Positions 23,701 to 36,626 of a DNA stretch of 64,000 nt are shown here, piece by piece. The DNA lies in contig CAJINV010000009.1 in NCBI GenBank assembly GCA_905178155.1, forward strand, positions 3,027,471-3,091,470. The letters are read 5' to 3'. Positions within the stretch are counted from its first letter, which is position 1. The number at the start of each line of letters is the position of its first letter. Source of the DNA: Amoebophrya sp. A120 (taxonomy: Eukaryota > Protista > Dinoflagellata). The notes beneath the pieces are model-generated. The model ran no database searches and had not been told where the DNA came from. It worked only from the letters and a program-made list of their open reading frames with translations. The position numbers were made by a program, and so were the translations under genes.

Positions 23701-25161
23701 TCAGGAGATGACGGTTGTCGCTCTGGTCTCTTGTGGTTTGCTTGTTGCAAAGAAGCTTGCACTGTTTTCGAACCTTCTTTCGTGCGCATCGTTACCATGG
23801 TCTGAGCACAGGAGTCTTCGAGCCTTATCAAGTTTCTCAGCATTTAGTGGTGTGGAGAAATCGATGTAATACTCACTTTGCTTTTTCTGCCGTTCACGGG
23901 ACCGTGGCCGTAACTTAGCGCCATCGAGAAACGGAGGGTATAAAACCAACCACTTTCGATGTGCTATGGGCACGAGATCTTTGTCAGCAGTTTGCTTATT
24001 GTGCGCCAAAAAAGTGTCGTGATTCTCCTTGATCAGCTGGTAAGGAATGATGAAAGCACCACGCAGAACACCTTCTCCTTCCCGCGATCGCTCCTCTGCG
24101 AGGATCATTCCAACGTAGTACTTCACTACCGGCTGCAACTTCAATGTATGCACTTGCTGAAACAGATAACACTCCCCGCCCCGGCGCGAGTACGTCTTGC
24201 ACTGGTGACAGAGGCGCTGCAGGCAAGGGACGCCCGACAGCAACACGTTTCCGCGGAACACGTCTGCACCGGGACGCAGGAAATCCTGCTTCAAGCCGAG
24301 CGGGCGATACAGCGACTCGTCCAAATACTGTGCGCACAAGTTCGACATCTGATCCCGCTGGTTGTAGCACAACTGTTCCATCCACTCCTCCCTCGTCTTC
24401 CTCGGTTTTTCGTCGCACCACTGCAGCAGCGTGCGCTGCACCGACGAGAGGGTAAGATCCTCGAGCTCCGACAGAGCTAGAAGTAACCACAAGTGCTGCT
24501 GCGGTCCACGCAATCGCGGGCCTATTTCTTTGTCGTCCAGAAGACTCGCCTTGTTCTTTTGTGGGTGAATGAAGGCGTAACTCACCCCGGCCGCCGGTGC
24601 CGTCAAGTGCGAAAACTTGTAGCTCGTGGACCGGCCGTCCCTCTGGCGCTGTATCAGACCCCTCTCCGAAGTGGTCTTCAACTGCAAGGCGACCCAGTCG
24701 TCGGACACAGTGCTAGCCCCGATTTTTCTTCGGATTAAAAGCGTTGCTTTTGCACGCCGAGGTAGCTGAAAGACCTCAAAATCTTCTGAAAGTGGCTCTA
24801 ATACGTTCGTTTCGAACCAGAATCTTCCATCGTGGGCTGTGCGATGAGAGATGCAGACGCCTCCGACGCAGCGATTGTTATGACCAACAAAGTCTCGAAA
24901 CGACGTCCAACCGCTGTCGGCGTAAATGTTGGAAGGGTGCGACGGAATGAAAGCCGGGCGATCACCGTCTCGGCACCACGATTTCCACGCCAAGATGGAT
25001 TTCACGTTGGGCCACTCGCGTTGCATGTAATCCCGCGCGGCTTCGAAATTTAGGAACTTGGACCCTCGCCCCCGTCCGGCGCTCGCTCGTGGTACAAGGG
25101 AAGTCACTGTGGACAAGGAAGCCGAAGAGCAGGAGCGGAAGGACGACGTCGATAGTGACAT
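23701..25161 (-). CDS. Intronless 486-aa protein: integrase-repeat-like helical unit plus PD-(D/E)XK-like domain
   Basis: FLNFEAARDYM...RPAFIPSHPSNIYADSGWTSFRDFVG, then ATLLIRRK...WVALQLKT; collinear with the 36627-38588 protein. Confidence 0.7.
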   Translation of the reverse strand: MSLSTSSFRSCSSASLSTVTSLVPRASAGRGRGSKFLNFEAARDYMQREWPNVKSILAWKSWCRDGDRPAFIPSHPSNIYADSGWTSFRDFVGHNNRCVGGVCISHRTAHDGRFWFETNVLEPLSEDFEVFQLPRRAKATLLIRRKIGASTVSDDWVALQLKTTSERGLIQRQRDGRSTSYKFSHLTAPAAGVSYAFIHPQKNKASLLDDKEIGPRLRGPQQHLWLLLALSELEDLTLSSVQRTLLQWCDEKPRKTREEWMEQLCYNQRDQMSNLCAQYLDESLYRPLGLKQDFLRPGADVFRGNVLLSGVPCLQRLCHQCKTYSRRGGECYLFQQVHTLKLQPVVKYYVGMILAEERSREGEGVLRGAFIIPYQLIKENHDTFLAHNKQTADKDLVPIAHRKWLVLYPPFLDGAKLRPRSRERQKKQSEYYIDFSTPLNAEKLDKARRLLCSDHGNDAHERRFENSASFFATSKPQETRATTVIS

Positions 25162-25764
25162 GATCTTTTACTCCATCAGTGAAGTAGAAGAGCCAGCTCC
25201 AAGACCCGAGCACCACATGTGGGTGGCGGGACAACCCCCATTGCAGCTGCAGCGCAACTAGACGATCGCAAAGTCGGCGACGTGAGACGCATGTTCTGAC
25301 TTTCTTTCCGTACCTCTCGTTCTCTCACAGCTCGATCGCCCTTCTTTTTTCCACAACTAGAATTACGCAAACCACTCTCTAGGTATAGCTGTAGGTCGTT
25401 TCACATCACAGAATCCTCTTCCTCCTATCTCAGCCTCATAATTTGTCGCGAAGCTAGAATCTTGTTCAGGGCTTCTAGCGATTTCACTCCCTTCAGAACA
25501 CAGCATCGCCACAGCGAAACTCTAACCGCCCGACCGAAGAGAACAGTGACTTCTGGGAATGCGGGGTCTTCAGAAAAGATTTACACTTGCAGCAAATTTT
25601 TGTGTTTCACAGTTTGTACATCTAACTCCAATTTAATTAATCTCCAGGTCGTGGAAAACATACAAGGAGAATGGTCAAGACCAAAGGTGAAACCGAAGAC
25701 ATATCTTTCTAGCAGTAGTTGTACTAGTTCAGCATTGAAAATTTTTTTCGCGTTTTATCAAGTC

Positions 25765-28700
25765 TCACGCAGGTGTTGAAAACTCGTCGCTTTTTCTGCT
25801 GGTGCTGTTCCTGGGAAGACCAACATGCTTTGCATTGTTTGTTTCCACAAGCTCGTGGTCGTGTAGTTGTTGCCCTGGCTCCTGCGCCTCCCCCCTTGCC
25901 GGCACACTTCTTGCATCCGCTTCACTTTCCCGCCCCGCAGGGATGAGGCGCTCCGGGTAGTCATTTTTCAGAGGGGAAGAAGAATCACGGTGATGACCTT
26001 CCTCCTGTTCGCGCCCCCGGGACGTAGAGCTACTGCCCTTTTGTCGTGCCTCCCCTACTTGTTCTTCCTATCAAAGGGAAAAATCCCCCCTCCCCATATC
26101 GAAACGAAGTTTCTGATTTTGGATGGCTAAGGGCTGGGCGTCCCTGTCTAAACTATGCCTAAAAAACTTAAACCACATACCCGGTAAACTCTAGTAGGAT
26201 TATTTGGACGATGTGATTTCTACCGAAAGACAGCAACAACAGCTCCTGGGAAGGCGGCGTAGTGAGTTGTGTTGTTATCTGGGTAGAAATAACTTCGTAC
26301 AAATGTGCCCACTAGCACCGAGGGATCAAAGAAAGTATAGAAAGGAGTACTATCAAAAAACAAGTTCTAATTCCACTATATCTAAAAACGCCCTAAAGCT
26401 GGTACCATCACACTGGTTCAACTGAAAGACCAAGTTTCTGATGCTGGATCTGCGTACACAAATCAGGTCTGTCTTGCTGGAGAGGACTGCAGGCATATGC
26501 CAAGCCTGGGTCGCGAGGTTTTGACGTAGGGGACTAGCATGACAGATATCGGCTCTGTAAGCCCAACAGCATCACAAACCGCCGGCATAATGCGGCGGAC
26601 TCTCTGGCTTTGCCTTCTTGCAAGACAGACAGGATTTGTGACCTCAAATCTGCATCACAAATTTTCTGACGAATGCGTTTTCAATATGGGGAGGGGGGAT
26701 TTTTCCTCTCAATACTTCCGGTTCGGAATTCACTAGAAAACCACCCTTGGCCACGGTGATGACCTTCCTCCTGTTCGCGCCCCCGGGACGTAGAGCTACT
26801 GCCCTTTTGTCGTGCCTCCCCTACTTGTTCTTCCTATCAAAGGGAAAAATCCCCCCTCCCCATATCGAAACGAAGTTTCTGATTTTGGATGGCTAAGGGC
26901 TGGGCGTCCCTGTCTAAACTATGCCTAAAAAACTTAAACCACATACCCGGTAAACTCTAGTAGGATTATTTGGACGATGTGATTTCTACCGAAAGACAGC
27001 AACAACAGCTCCTGGGAAGGCGGCGTAGTGAGTTGTGTTGTTATCTGGGTAGAAATAACTTCGTACAAATGTGCCCACTAGCACCGAGGGATCAAAGAAA
27101 GTATAGAAAGGAGTACTATCAAAAAACAAGTTCTAATTCCACTATATCTAAAAACGCCCTAAAGCTGGTACCATCACACTGGTTCAACTGAAAGACCAAG
27201 TTTCTGATGCTGGATCTGCGTACACAAATCAGGTCTGTCTTGCTGGAGAGGACTGCAGGCATATGCCAAGCCTGGGTCGCGAGGTTTTGACGTAGGGGAC
27301 TAGCATGACAGATATCGGCTCTGTAAGCCCAACAGCATCACAAACCGCCGGCATAATGCGGCGGACTCTCTGGCTTTGCCTTCTTGCAAGACAGACAGGA
27401 TTTGTGACCTCAAATCTGCATCACAAATTTTCTGACGAATGCGTTTTCAATATGGGGAGGGGGGATTTTTCCTCTCAATACTTCCGGTTCGGAATTCACT
27501 AGAAAACCACCCTTGGCCACGGTGATGACCTTCCTCCTGTTCGCGCCCCCGGGACGTAGAGCTACTGCCCTTTTGTCGTGCCTCCCCTACTTGTTCTTCC
27601 TATCAAAGGGAAAAATCCCCCCTCCCCATATCGAAACGAAGTTTCTGATTTTGGATGGCTAAGGGCTGGGCGTCCCTGTCTAAACTATGCCTAAAAAACT
27701 TAAACCACATACCCGGTAAACTCTAGTAGGATTATTTGGACGATGTGATTTCTACCGAAAGACAGCAACAACAGCTCCTGGGAAGGCGGCGTAGTGAGTT
27801 GTGTTGTTATCTGGGTAGAAATAACTTCGTACAAATGTGCCCACTAGCACCGAGGGATCAAAGAAAGTATAGAAAGGAGTACTATCAAAAAACAAGTTCT
27901 AATTCCACTATATCTAAAAACGCCCTAAAGCTGGTACCATCACACTGGTTCAACTGAAAGACCAAGTTTCTGATGCTGGATCTGCGTACACAAATCAGGT
28001 CTGTCTTGCTGGAGAGGACTGCAGGCATATGCCAAGCCTGGGTCGCGAGGTTTTGACGTAGGGGACTAGCATGACAGATATCGGCTCTGTAAGCCCAACA
28101 GCATCACAAACCGCCGGCATAATGCGGCGGACTCTCTGGCTTTGCCTTCTTGCAAGACAGACAGGATTTGTGACCTCAAATCTGCATCACAAATTTTCTG
28201 ACGAATGCGTTTTCAATATGGGGAGGGGGGATTTTTCCTCTCAATACTTCCGGTTCGGAATTCACTAGAAAACCACCCTTGGCCACGGTGATGACCTTCC
28301 TCCTGTTCGCGCCCCCGGGACGTAGAGCTACTGCCCTTTTGTCGTGCCTCCCCTACTTGTTCGTCCGGTTCGGAATTCAGTAGAAAACCACCCTTGGCAT
28401 CGATGCTAGTTGTGCCACGTCTTGAAGATGTTGAGGGGGATGTGCTGTGTGGTACAACTGGTCGCTCATGATCTCCAGCTGCATGTCGTTCTTGGTTTCC
28501 GAAGAAACTTGGTCCCCCGCTGCGGAGAAGCTGCATGTAGTTCTTGGTCCTTAGCTCCGGTTGTTCTGGGGAAGATGTTGAACCTTGTAGTTCTGCTGTG
28601 GCACGACCTCCACGCGGCGGCGCACCAACTTCATCTTCCTTTGCTGTGGCTGTTCCGTTTGTGCTTCTTCGATTCCTTTTTTCCTTGATGATGTTCTGAC

Positions 28701-31700
28701 CTCTGTGAAACAGTCCTGCCCCAGCTCCGACGGCGAGCATGGGAAGCCCGCGGACCAACTCGGAAACACCATCTTCTACCACGATCTGGGCCATTTCCTT
28801 GGTTTTCTCCCAGATGGGACGGTTGTCTTTTTCCGGATCAAAGTAGTGCTCGTAGTGCTCAACCAAACCGGGGTCGGCCTCGCTGGGCACGCTTTGGTCG
28901 CTAAGCTCGTGCATTCCGACGGTCGCACGAACGTCCGTCGTGGTCGTTGAGTCCAATTTCTCCGACAAGCGCTGCCAGGTTTCCGGCGTCCCCGCCCAAG
29001 CATAATGAAAAATCGTCGGTGTTTTTTCCCAATCGCAAACCACTATGCATTGCAAATATGTCTGGGTCTGGAAACTTGTAATGCTAAGAGTGAACGATAG
29101 ACGCACTGCAATACGCAGCTATGCATGACAATTTTTTTGGCTGCCATGTGTTACGTATTCCGCATGGCAAGCTGCGTTTTTGCATGACATCTAAGAGGGC
29201 CTTTTCGTGCCTATGCAGCACAGATTCTCGACAAACTTGCAATCTTCCAGACCCAGACATGTTTGCAATCCATAACCACATCGACTCCGTGGTTGTGGTC
29301 ATTGCCTTCCTCATATCGAAAGGAAAAATCCCCCCTCCCCATATCGAAAACGAAATTTGTGATGCTGTATTTGAGGTCACAAATCGACTTGTCATGCTAG
29401 AAGGCCAAGAGCCGCAGTCGTGGCCTCGTTTGCAGGCAATTTGTCATGCTGTTTCCCACTCTCAGCTGCCTCCTATCATGCTGAAGATGCAAGGCTTCCC
29501 CACGCCACCCAGCACTACAGTCCGCATCTTTTCCCGTGTAGCATGACAAAGCTGATTTGTGACAACAAATCTGCATCGCAGATTTCCGTTTTGATATGGG
29601 GAAGGGGGATTTTTCCTTTTGATACCTCACACCCCGCGTCGAAACCCGCGGCATTGCTGGCAAATATGTCTTGGGCTGGAAGATTCTGAGCCTTGTCATG
29701 CACGTTCTGCATGAGCCATGACGTCTGTGATGCATGCCCTAGCATCACTCATTTTTTGAGGGCTTGTTGATGCCTATTCCGCATAAGAAATGCCCTCTGC
29801 TCCACGTAGCAAAAATTACATTCCCTTTGCTGCTTATGCAATACAGATTTTTTTGGAACCCACACGCAGCATCACAAGTTGCATTCTTCCAGACCCAGAC
29901 ATATTTGCACTTGATACGCGGCCAGGTGCTGCAACTCCTCCCACCCCACTTCCGTTCCTTCGTATCCTGAGTGAAAACGTCCCCACGCCATAGTCATCAA
30001 GATGGGGATTTCGCAACACAAACCTGGAAGTTTTGGGAGTCACGCATGACAAGTTGCAATCCGTAGCGTAGTGCAGGTTACAAAGGAGAGCAGCATGACA
30101 AATCCATCTGCTTATTCTGTTTACAGCATTACAGATTCCAAAACACGACGGAAAGTCCCTCTCGTGGGCATGCGCATTACAAATGTTTCTGCAATTGCAA
30201 ATCTGCATCAAAACTATGGGGTGGGAACGTTTTCACTCAGGATACTTCGCGAGGACTCTTTGCCAGCAGAATGGCCTCCCAATTTCGTTGAAAGGTTTTT
30301 GTGAACTCCGCTTCCGCCTCCTTGTCGCCGGCGATATGCATTGCAAATATGTCTGGGTTTGGATGAGTGCAGAAGGGTGTCTCATGCATCTTACGCAACT
30401 GGTCCCGATCCCGAATGCATGCAAAAGCAGTACAGGTTCTGCGCAGGCCTCTTGATATCTATCCTGCATGAAAAGTTTCCTACTTGCGTAGCAAGAAATT
30501 GGCAGGTTGTTTTGGCGCTCATGCAATGCTAATTTTTGCTTCTATTCAGAATCCGCATGACAACTTTCCAGATCCAAACATATTTGCAGTTGATAAGCGA
30601 CGTGGTGTTTCCACACTTCGGCAACAGCGTCGACCTCGGCCGCGCTGTCCACCTCGGCTTATGACAGTGCACAACTCCCCTCATTTGAATGGCATGAGCA
30701 GCAACACAAGCAACGCCAGAAATGTGGCTTCCGCTGCATGACAAATCTGCAGACGGATTATATGTAGTACCGTTTGAGGCTCCAAAATTTGTCATGCTAA
30801 CTGTGCTTGGAGGCAAGAGCAAGACGTGGATTTGGTATTTCGCATTACAAATGAGGGACGAGAGCACGGGGAGTTCTTGTGCATTCTCATACGGCTCCCA
30901 GATTCGCAATGACGTGCTTTGACGAAGATGATATCAAAAGGAAAAATCCCCCCTCCCCATATCAAAACGAAACTTCTGATGCTGGATTTGAGTACACAAA
31001 TCAGCTTTGTACTGCAGGAAAGCATTGCAGTCAGGTCCCCAGGCTAGGTAGGGGCGTATGCGTCTAGCTGTTCAGCATGGCAAGCGGCTCCCCTTTAGGC
31101 CCAACAGCATGACAAATCGCCTCCATAATGGGGCGGAAGCTTCTGCCCTTGCCTTCTTGCAAAACAAAATTGATTTGCGACCTCAAATCAGCAACACAAA
31201 TTTTCGGAAGCATGCCTTTTCAATATGGGGAGGGGGGATTTTTCCTCTCAATAGATGAAATTTCCGTGCTACTGGCCGCGGTTTCTTGCATATCCCAAGA
31301 AAAAAGTGTATACAGTTACACACCTGTTGTCAATGCAGCAACACAAATTTCTCTGCATGAGAGAGAAAACTTGCAATGCAGAAATCCTACGGGAAATAAA
31401 CACGTGTGAAAGATGAACGAAGCTCCGATGCTACTTATCCGGCATGACAGAGCTTGCCTGTCTTGCTTGGCCTGCAACAAAATGTGTAAGTAACTGTAAC
31501 ACTTTTTTGCTGCGATACTGCAGGGCGTCGAGAAAAGCCCGACTTTCGCCCCCGTTGACCCCCGGGGTCCCGAAGGTTCTGCCCGTCACCGTGTGTTCCG
31601 TCAGCCACTGCTGTAAACTTTTCGGAGTGCTTATCCTGAGTAAAAACGTACCCACACCAGAGTCAGAATGGGGATTTTGCAGCACAAACCTAGGAGTTTT

Positions 31701-34700
31701 GTGAGTCACGCATGACAAGTTGCGCGATGCAGTGTAGTGCAGGTTAGCAAGTGCAGCCGCATCACAGATTCATCTGCTCATCCTGTTCACAGCATCACAA
31801 ATTCCAAAACACGATTGGAAATGGCTCTCATGGGAATGCGCATTACAAGTCTTCCTGTCTTTGCAAATCTGCATTACAACTCTGGTGTGGGTACGTTTTT
31901 ACTCAGGATAGTGCTGTCAGCGTTAACCCATGCGGGCTGCGGGGCATAGCCGAAGTTGGTTTGGTGCCGCACCGAGAAGTGCTCCGCCTCCGCCCCCTCG
32001 TGGCCTACTGCCCACCACGAGGATATCGTACGAAAAAAGTGCTTCACTGTAAAAGCATTTTGCATGTTTTGCATCACAAGTTTGCTCTACATTACAGAGA
32101 AAATTTGCCATGCGAGATTCCTGCTAAGGGAAAACACAGCTAAAAATCCACTGTCTTGCATGTGTAGCAAGGCAACCACTTCTCGGATGCATTTCCTGCA
32201 TTACAAGTTGACAGTGAAACAGTTTTTTCTTGCGATAGAGGACACCCTTTGCCCAATGCTCTCGGCATTCTCGGCGTCATGCTCGAAATTGTACCTTCCG
32301 AGGTCTTATCAAATGCAAAAGTGTCTGGGTCTGGAAGATTCCAAGCTTTGTCATGCAGTTTTTCCAAGCTCCACCAGGTCTGGAATGCAGGGCCTAGCAT
32401 CACAGGCTCTGCAGCCCCTTCGTGATGCCTATTCTGCATGAGAAATGCCCTCTCAGCATGGCCAGAAATGGGGACCTTTTGCAAGTCATGCAACACAGAT
32501 TGTTGCATCATCCGCAACACGCATCACAAGTTCGCATCCTTCCAGACCCAGACATTTTTGCAGGTGATAGGTCTTCGGCGGTGATGTAATTGTCCGGCAA
32601 CTGGTCTGCTCCGCCCGCCATCCACGATCCGACCCCATGAAGCGACCAGGGATCATCGCGACCGCGAACGGCATGCCAGATCCTATTGTGAGGAAAAATC
32701 CCCCCTCCCCATACCAAAACGGAAAACTTCTAAAAATTTGCGATGCTGATTTGAGGCCACAAATCGTCTCTGTATTGCAAGAAGGCAAATCCAAAAACCT
32801 GGCCGCGTGCAGCAGGCGATTTGTAATGCTGTAGGGCCTAGGGAGGACATGCCTACCTTGCTAGGCCCCTACACCAAAACGCCCCTACTCCGGCTTTGTA
32901 TCTGTCTGCAGTTCTCTACTGCAATCCGATTTGTGTACACAAATCCCAAATCACAGATTTCCATTTCGATATGGGGAGGGGGGATTTTTCCTTTTGATAG
33001 ATCCCCTTCGGCCCGGGCCACTCCTCCTGGGTTATTTTTCCGTCGGCGACCGCGGCTGGGATCGTCGCCGCCAGGTCGTCCCAAGAGAGAACATCCTTGC
33101 CATCCATGTCGCTAGCGGCCATCGCGTGGCGAAGCCAAACCCACTGCATATCGGTTCTGAACCGGTCGTAAGATTCCTCCGCGGTGGATCCTGAGTGGGT
33201 GAGCAAAAGTCCAACCTGGCCGGTCAGTTCCTTTGGGTCCTTCAGGTCGTGCACGACGTGGGCGCCATGCGTGCGATGCTCCACCAGCTCTTCGATCGTG
33301 CCCAGCGTGGATGGGTGAAACGATGCCGGGTCCAGGTACCCCTCGCTCGTCATGTGGTCTCTCATGTCAAACTTTTCTCCGCCGTGCGTAGCGTCCTCCA
33401 TCTTCATCAGGTCGCCAAGTACGCCCTGTTATGGATTGCAAACATGTCTGGGTCTGGAAGAGTACAAACTTGTGATGCGCATTTCAGAAAACAGAAAAAT
33501 CTATCACGCATAGGCAGCAAAAGCTGCCCACTTTCTGTCACCAGGATGGGGGATTTCTCATGCGGATTCGGCATTGCGGAAGCTTCTCGAAGCCTGTGAT
33601 GCTAGAGCTTCCATGCCAGACCTTCTGTGTCATGTTGGGAAGCTAAGGGCTGGGCGTCCCTGTCGTTCTCTAAACCTTAAAACGGTAACCACTTACTCGA
33701 CAAACTCTAGGTAGAATAAGTTTGGACAAAGTGATCACTACCGAGAGACAACAACAAAAGATAGCTCCTGGGACGGCTGCGGCGTGAGCATTTGTTGCTA
33801 TCTGGGTAGGGATAACGTTGTATGCAAACCTAAGCACCAGCGTCAAGGGAGAAAAGAAAAGTAAAAAAGCGGTAAATCATCCTACTATGACACAGTCCCA
33901 ACTACGAAAGAAACCATCTGTAAGAGGGGCCAGACCTTCTGTGTCATGCAAAAACAGCACGACTCTTCCAGACCCAGACTCACTTTTGCATTTGATACCT
34001 GTAAAGGAGCATCAACTTCTCCACTGTGGTCCACGTCACCCGTCAAGTAGTCCTGGTTCTCCAACAACCACCCTTGCATGTGCTCTGCCGCTATCAAATG
34101 CAAATACGTCTGGTTCTGGAAACTTGTGATGCTAAAACAACCGCGCCGACATTGCCATTGTCCATTATCGCTGGGGAGGCAAGCCAGTGAGCAAGTCAGT
34201 GAGCAATAAGTGAACTGTATTAATGCGCAGCCAAGTATGAAGACAAGTTTTTTTCGTGCTTCTGTGCTGCGCATTCCGCATGAGAAATTGCGTTTTTGCA
34301 TGACATGCGAGAGAGGCTGTTCCGATGGCCTCACGCAATACACAATGCAAAGTCATGCCAGACTAGCATGACAAGTCTTGCAATCTTCCAGAGCCAGACA
34401 TGTTTGCATTTGATAGCCGCTACTGCCACGGCCCCAGTGACGTGGCCGACGTCGACGAATTTGTTGAGGAAGCTGCTCTATCAAATGCAAAAGTGTCTGG
34501 GTCTGGAAGAATGCAACTTGTCATGCTGCATTTGGATTCCAGAAAAATCTGTATTGCATGAGTACCAAAAGGAATGCAATTTTTGCTACGCGGAGAGGGC
34601 ATTTGTCATGCGGAATAGGCATCAAGAAGCTCTGAAAAAATCTGTGATGCTAGGGCATGCATCACAGACATCAGGGCTCATGCAAAACGTGCATGACAAG

Positions 34701-35950
34701 TGTCAGAATGTTCCAGAGGACCCAGACATTTTTACAGTTGATATGCTCACAACCTCGTGCCAGAAGCCTGTACGTGGTTGTACTGCTTCTCTTGATGTTC
34801 TTATCCTGAGTAAAAACGTACTCACACCAGAGTCAGGATGGGGATTTTGCAACACAAACCTAGGAGTTTTAGGAGTCACGCATGACAAGTCTCAGTCCGT
34901 ACGGTAGTGCAAGTTAGCAAGGAAAGCCGCATCACAAATCGACCTTCTGATCCTGTTTACAGCATTACAAGTTCCCAAACACGATTGAAAATGCCTGTCA
35001 TGGGGTTGCGCATCACAAATGTTCCTGTCATGGCAAATCTGCATGACAACTCTGGGGTGGGGACGTTTTTACACAGGATAGTTCTTGTGCCGGAACTACT
35101 TATACTGCTCCGCGGCGCTGGTCGTCCGTCGCCAAATTTAGTACTTTCGCTCCCTCCGTCCACCTTCTCGCCGGTCGGGCTAAGCCGCCGCGCCGTAGTT
35201 CGCCCCTGCTCCTTGAAGATGTTCAAAACGGAGCTTGTTGCGGCGCCGTGTTTCGTGGTGCGTGGTTCATCTGCCGCTGGAACGACGCCGCGGGTGTCGT
35301 GCTGCGCAAGAGTGGGAACCACATCACCGCGAGGGGCGCCGGTATTCTGTTCTGATTGTGATTCTGTGGTCCTCATCCGGATCAAAATAAACCCGCCGCG
35401 CAGCCGCGTGTTTAGAACTGTTCCGTCGCGGGCCCCGCCCTGAGGCTTTCGCTCCTCGTGCAGCAGCTGCTGCTGCCCTGCTCCGTCGTCCCGGCTAGAA
35501 GTCCTCGACGACGACACGTCGTGGTCTACTTCCGGCTGAAATTCCTTTTCCTGTCGACCAGATAATGCGTCCACATCAACTGCTGAGCAGAAACACAACA
35601 AGGCGAGATGAATATCAAAATCAAATGTAAAAATGTCTGGGTCTGGATGATTGCAACTTGTCATGCTAAATCTGAATCAGGCAAAAAACTGTGTTGCATG
35701 ATTGCCAAAAGTTGTGCACTTCTGACCTGATCGAGAGGCAGTTTCTCATGGAGGGTAGGCATTAGAAAAGTCTCGCAGAATCTGCCATGCTATGTCCTAC
35801 ATACCAGACCTCATGGGTCATAGAAAACCTGCATGACAAATCTGGCAATCTTCCAGACCCAGACATTTTTGCAATCCATAATGAAACAGTGGAAGCAACA
35901 CCACCGCCAAGCTTTTGGACGTCGGCCCTGGATGATGAACTCGTGGTGTC
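25765..35950 (-). CDS. Multi-exon hypothetical protein split by about 20 introners
   Basis: Long open exons at 28247-29043, 33000-33429 and 35081-35612; EF-hand-like DMDGKDVLSWDD. The 3' end is disturbed by the 766-bp triplication. Confidence 0.55.
25986..28400. repeat. 766-bp tandem triplication (115-bp exon piece + family C introner + nested retroposon)
   Basis: Identical ORF-track entries at 26204, 26970 and 27736; introners at 26069-26714, 26835-27480 and 27601-28246 with direct repeat cttcc. Confidence 0.95.
26118..26431 (-). mobile_element. SINE-like or truncated non-LTR insertion with a long hairpin (repeated at +766 and +1532)
   Basis: aagtttctgat is duplicated at 26107-26117 and 26432-26442; homologous to 33635-33928. 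Confidence 0.75.
29044..35880. mobile_element. Cluster of about 17 introners
   Basis: Examples: 29044-29274 accac; 30660-30891 cggct; 32307-32569 ggtct; 33430-33997 cctgt; 34092-34415 gccgc; 34479-34743 tgctc; 35613-35880 atgaa. Confidence 0.92.
33635..33928 (-). mobile_element. SINE-like or truncated non-LTR insertion nested in a family A introner
   Basis: 20-bp duplication gccagaccttctgtgtcatg at 33615-33634 and 33929-33948; shares gctaagggctgggcgtccctgtc and the hairpin with 26118-26431. Confidence 0.8.
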
Positions 35951-36626
35951 CAAAACATCATTTTGATAATATGACACTCTTCGATATTACGAAGTGGAAG
36001 TTGACTACAAGAATCAACGTACTAATACTAAGGAGGAAGAAAAAACATGCGTGGCTCCTGCCGCTGCGTGTCTAATGTACTTTTTACCCACCAAACAAGT
36101 TTATGTGCAATTACGTTGTGGAAAGAAGTCACGTCTGTCATCGCGCCAGGAATGGCGCAGACGACATCTCGATCTCCAGTACGTATCTATTATACGAGTG
36201 AAGGGGAGGAGCAGGAGCAAAAGGGCTTGCTCGCGCCCACGATAACGGGAACGCGAAATTTGGAGCGACAATGTGAATGAAAGCAGCACATCTTCACTTC
36301 TGGCGAAACGACAACGACAACGATTCGAAGATCCCAGTTATGGTAGTATCTCGATGAGAAATATGAAAACACGCCCGATGTACTTATGTATTCCCTGTTT
36401 GAACATCACGGGCGGGCTTGTTTATTTTTTCTGAGATGAACATCGTCGCTCGCTCCTTGTAATCTGGATTTGATTCGATCAACACGAAACGATCACCCGA
36501 ACTCATCCCACGTGTTGAACACAAATAAGAACACGACTTGGCCATTTGCATTTCATCTGTATCTTAATCTTGCGAGACAATGTTCTATAACCATGTCCAT
36601 AACTTCTGTGCCGCGCATAGTACTGA

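Noticed and set aside
26118-26431. SRP RNA, tRNA, hammerhead or HDV ribozyme identity for the hairpin insert
   Set aside because: Diagnostic cores were not found by eye; kept only as an unclassified structured insert.
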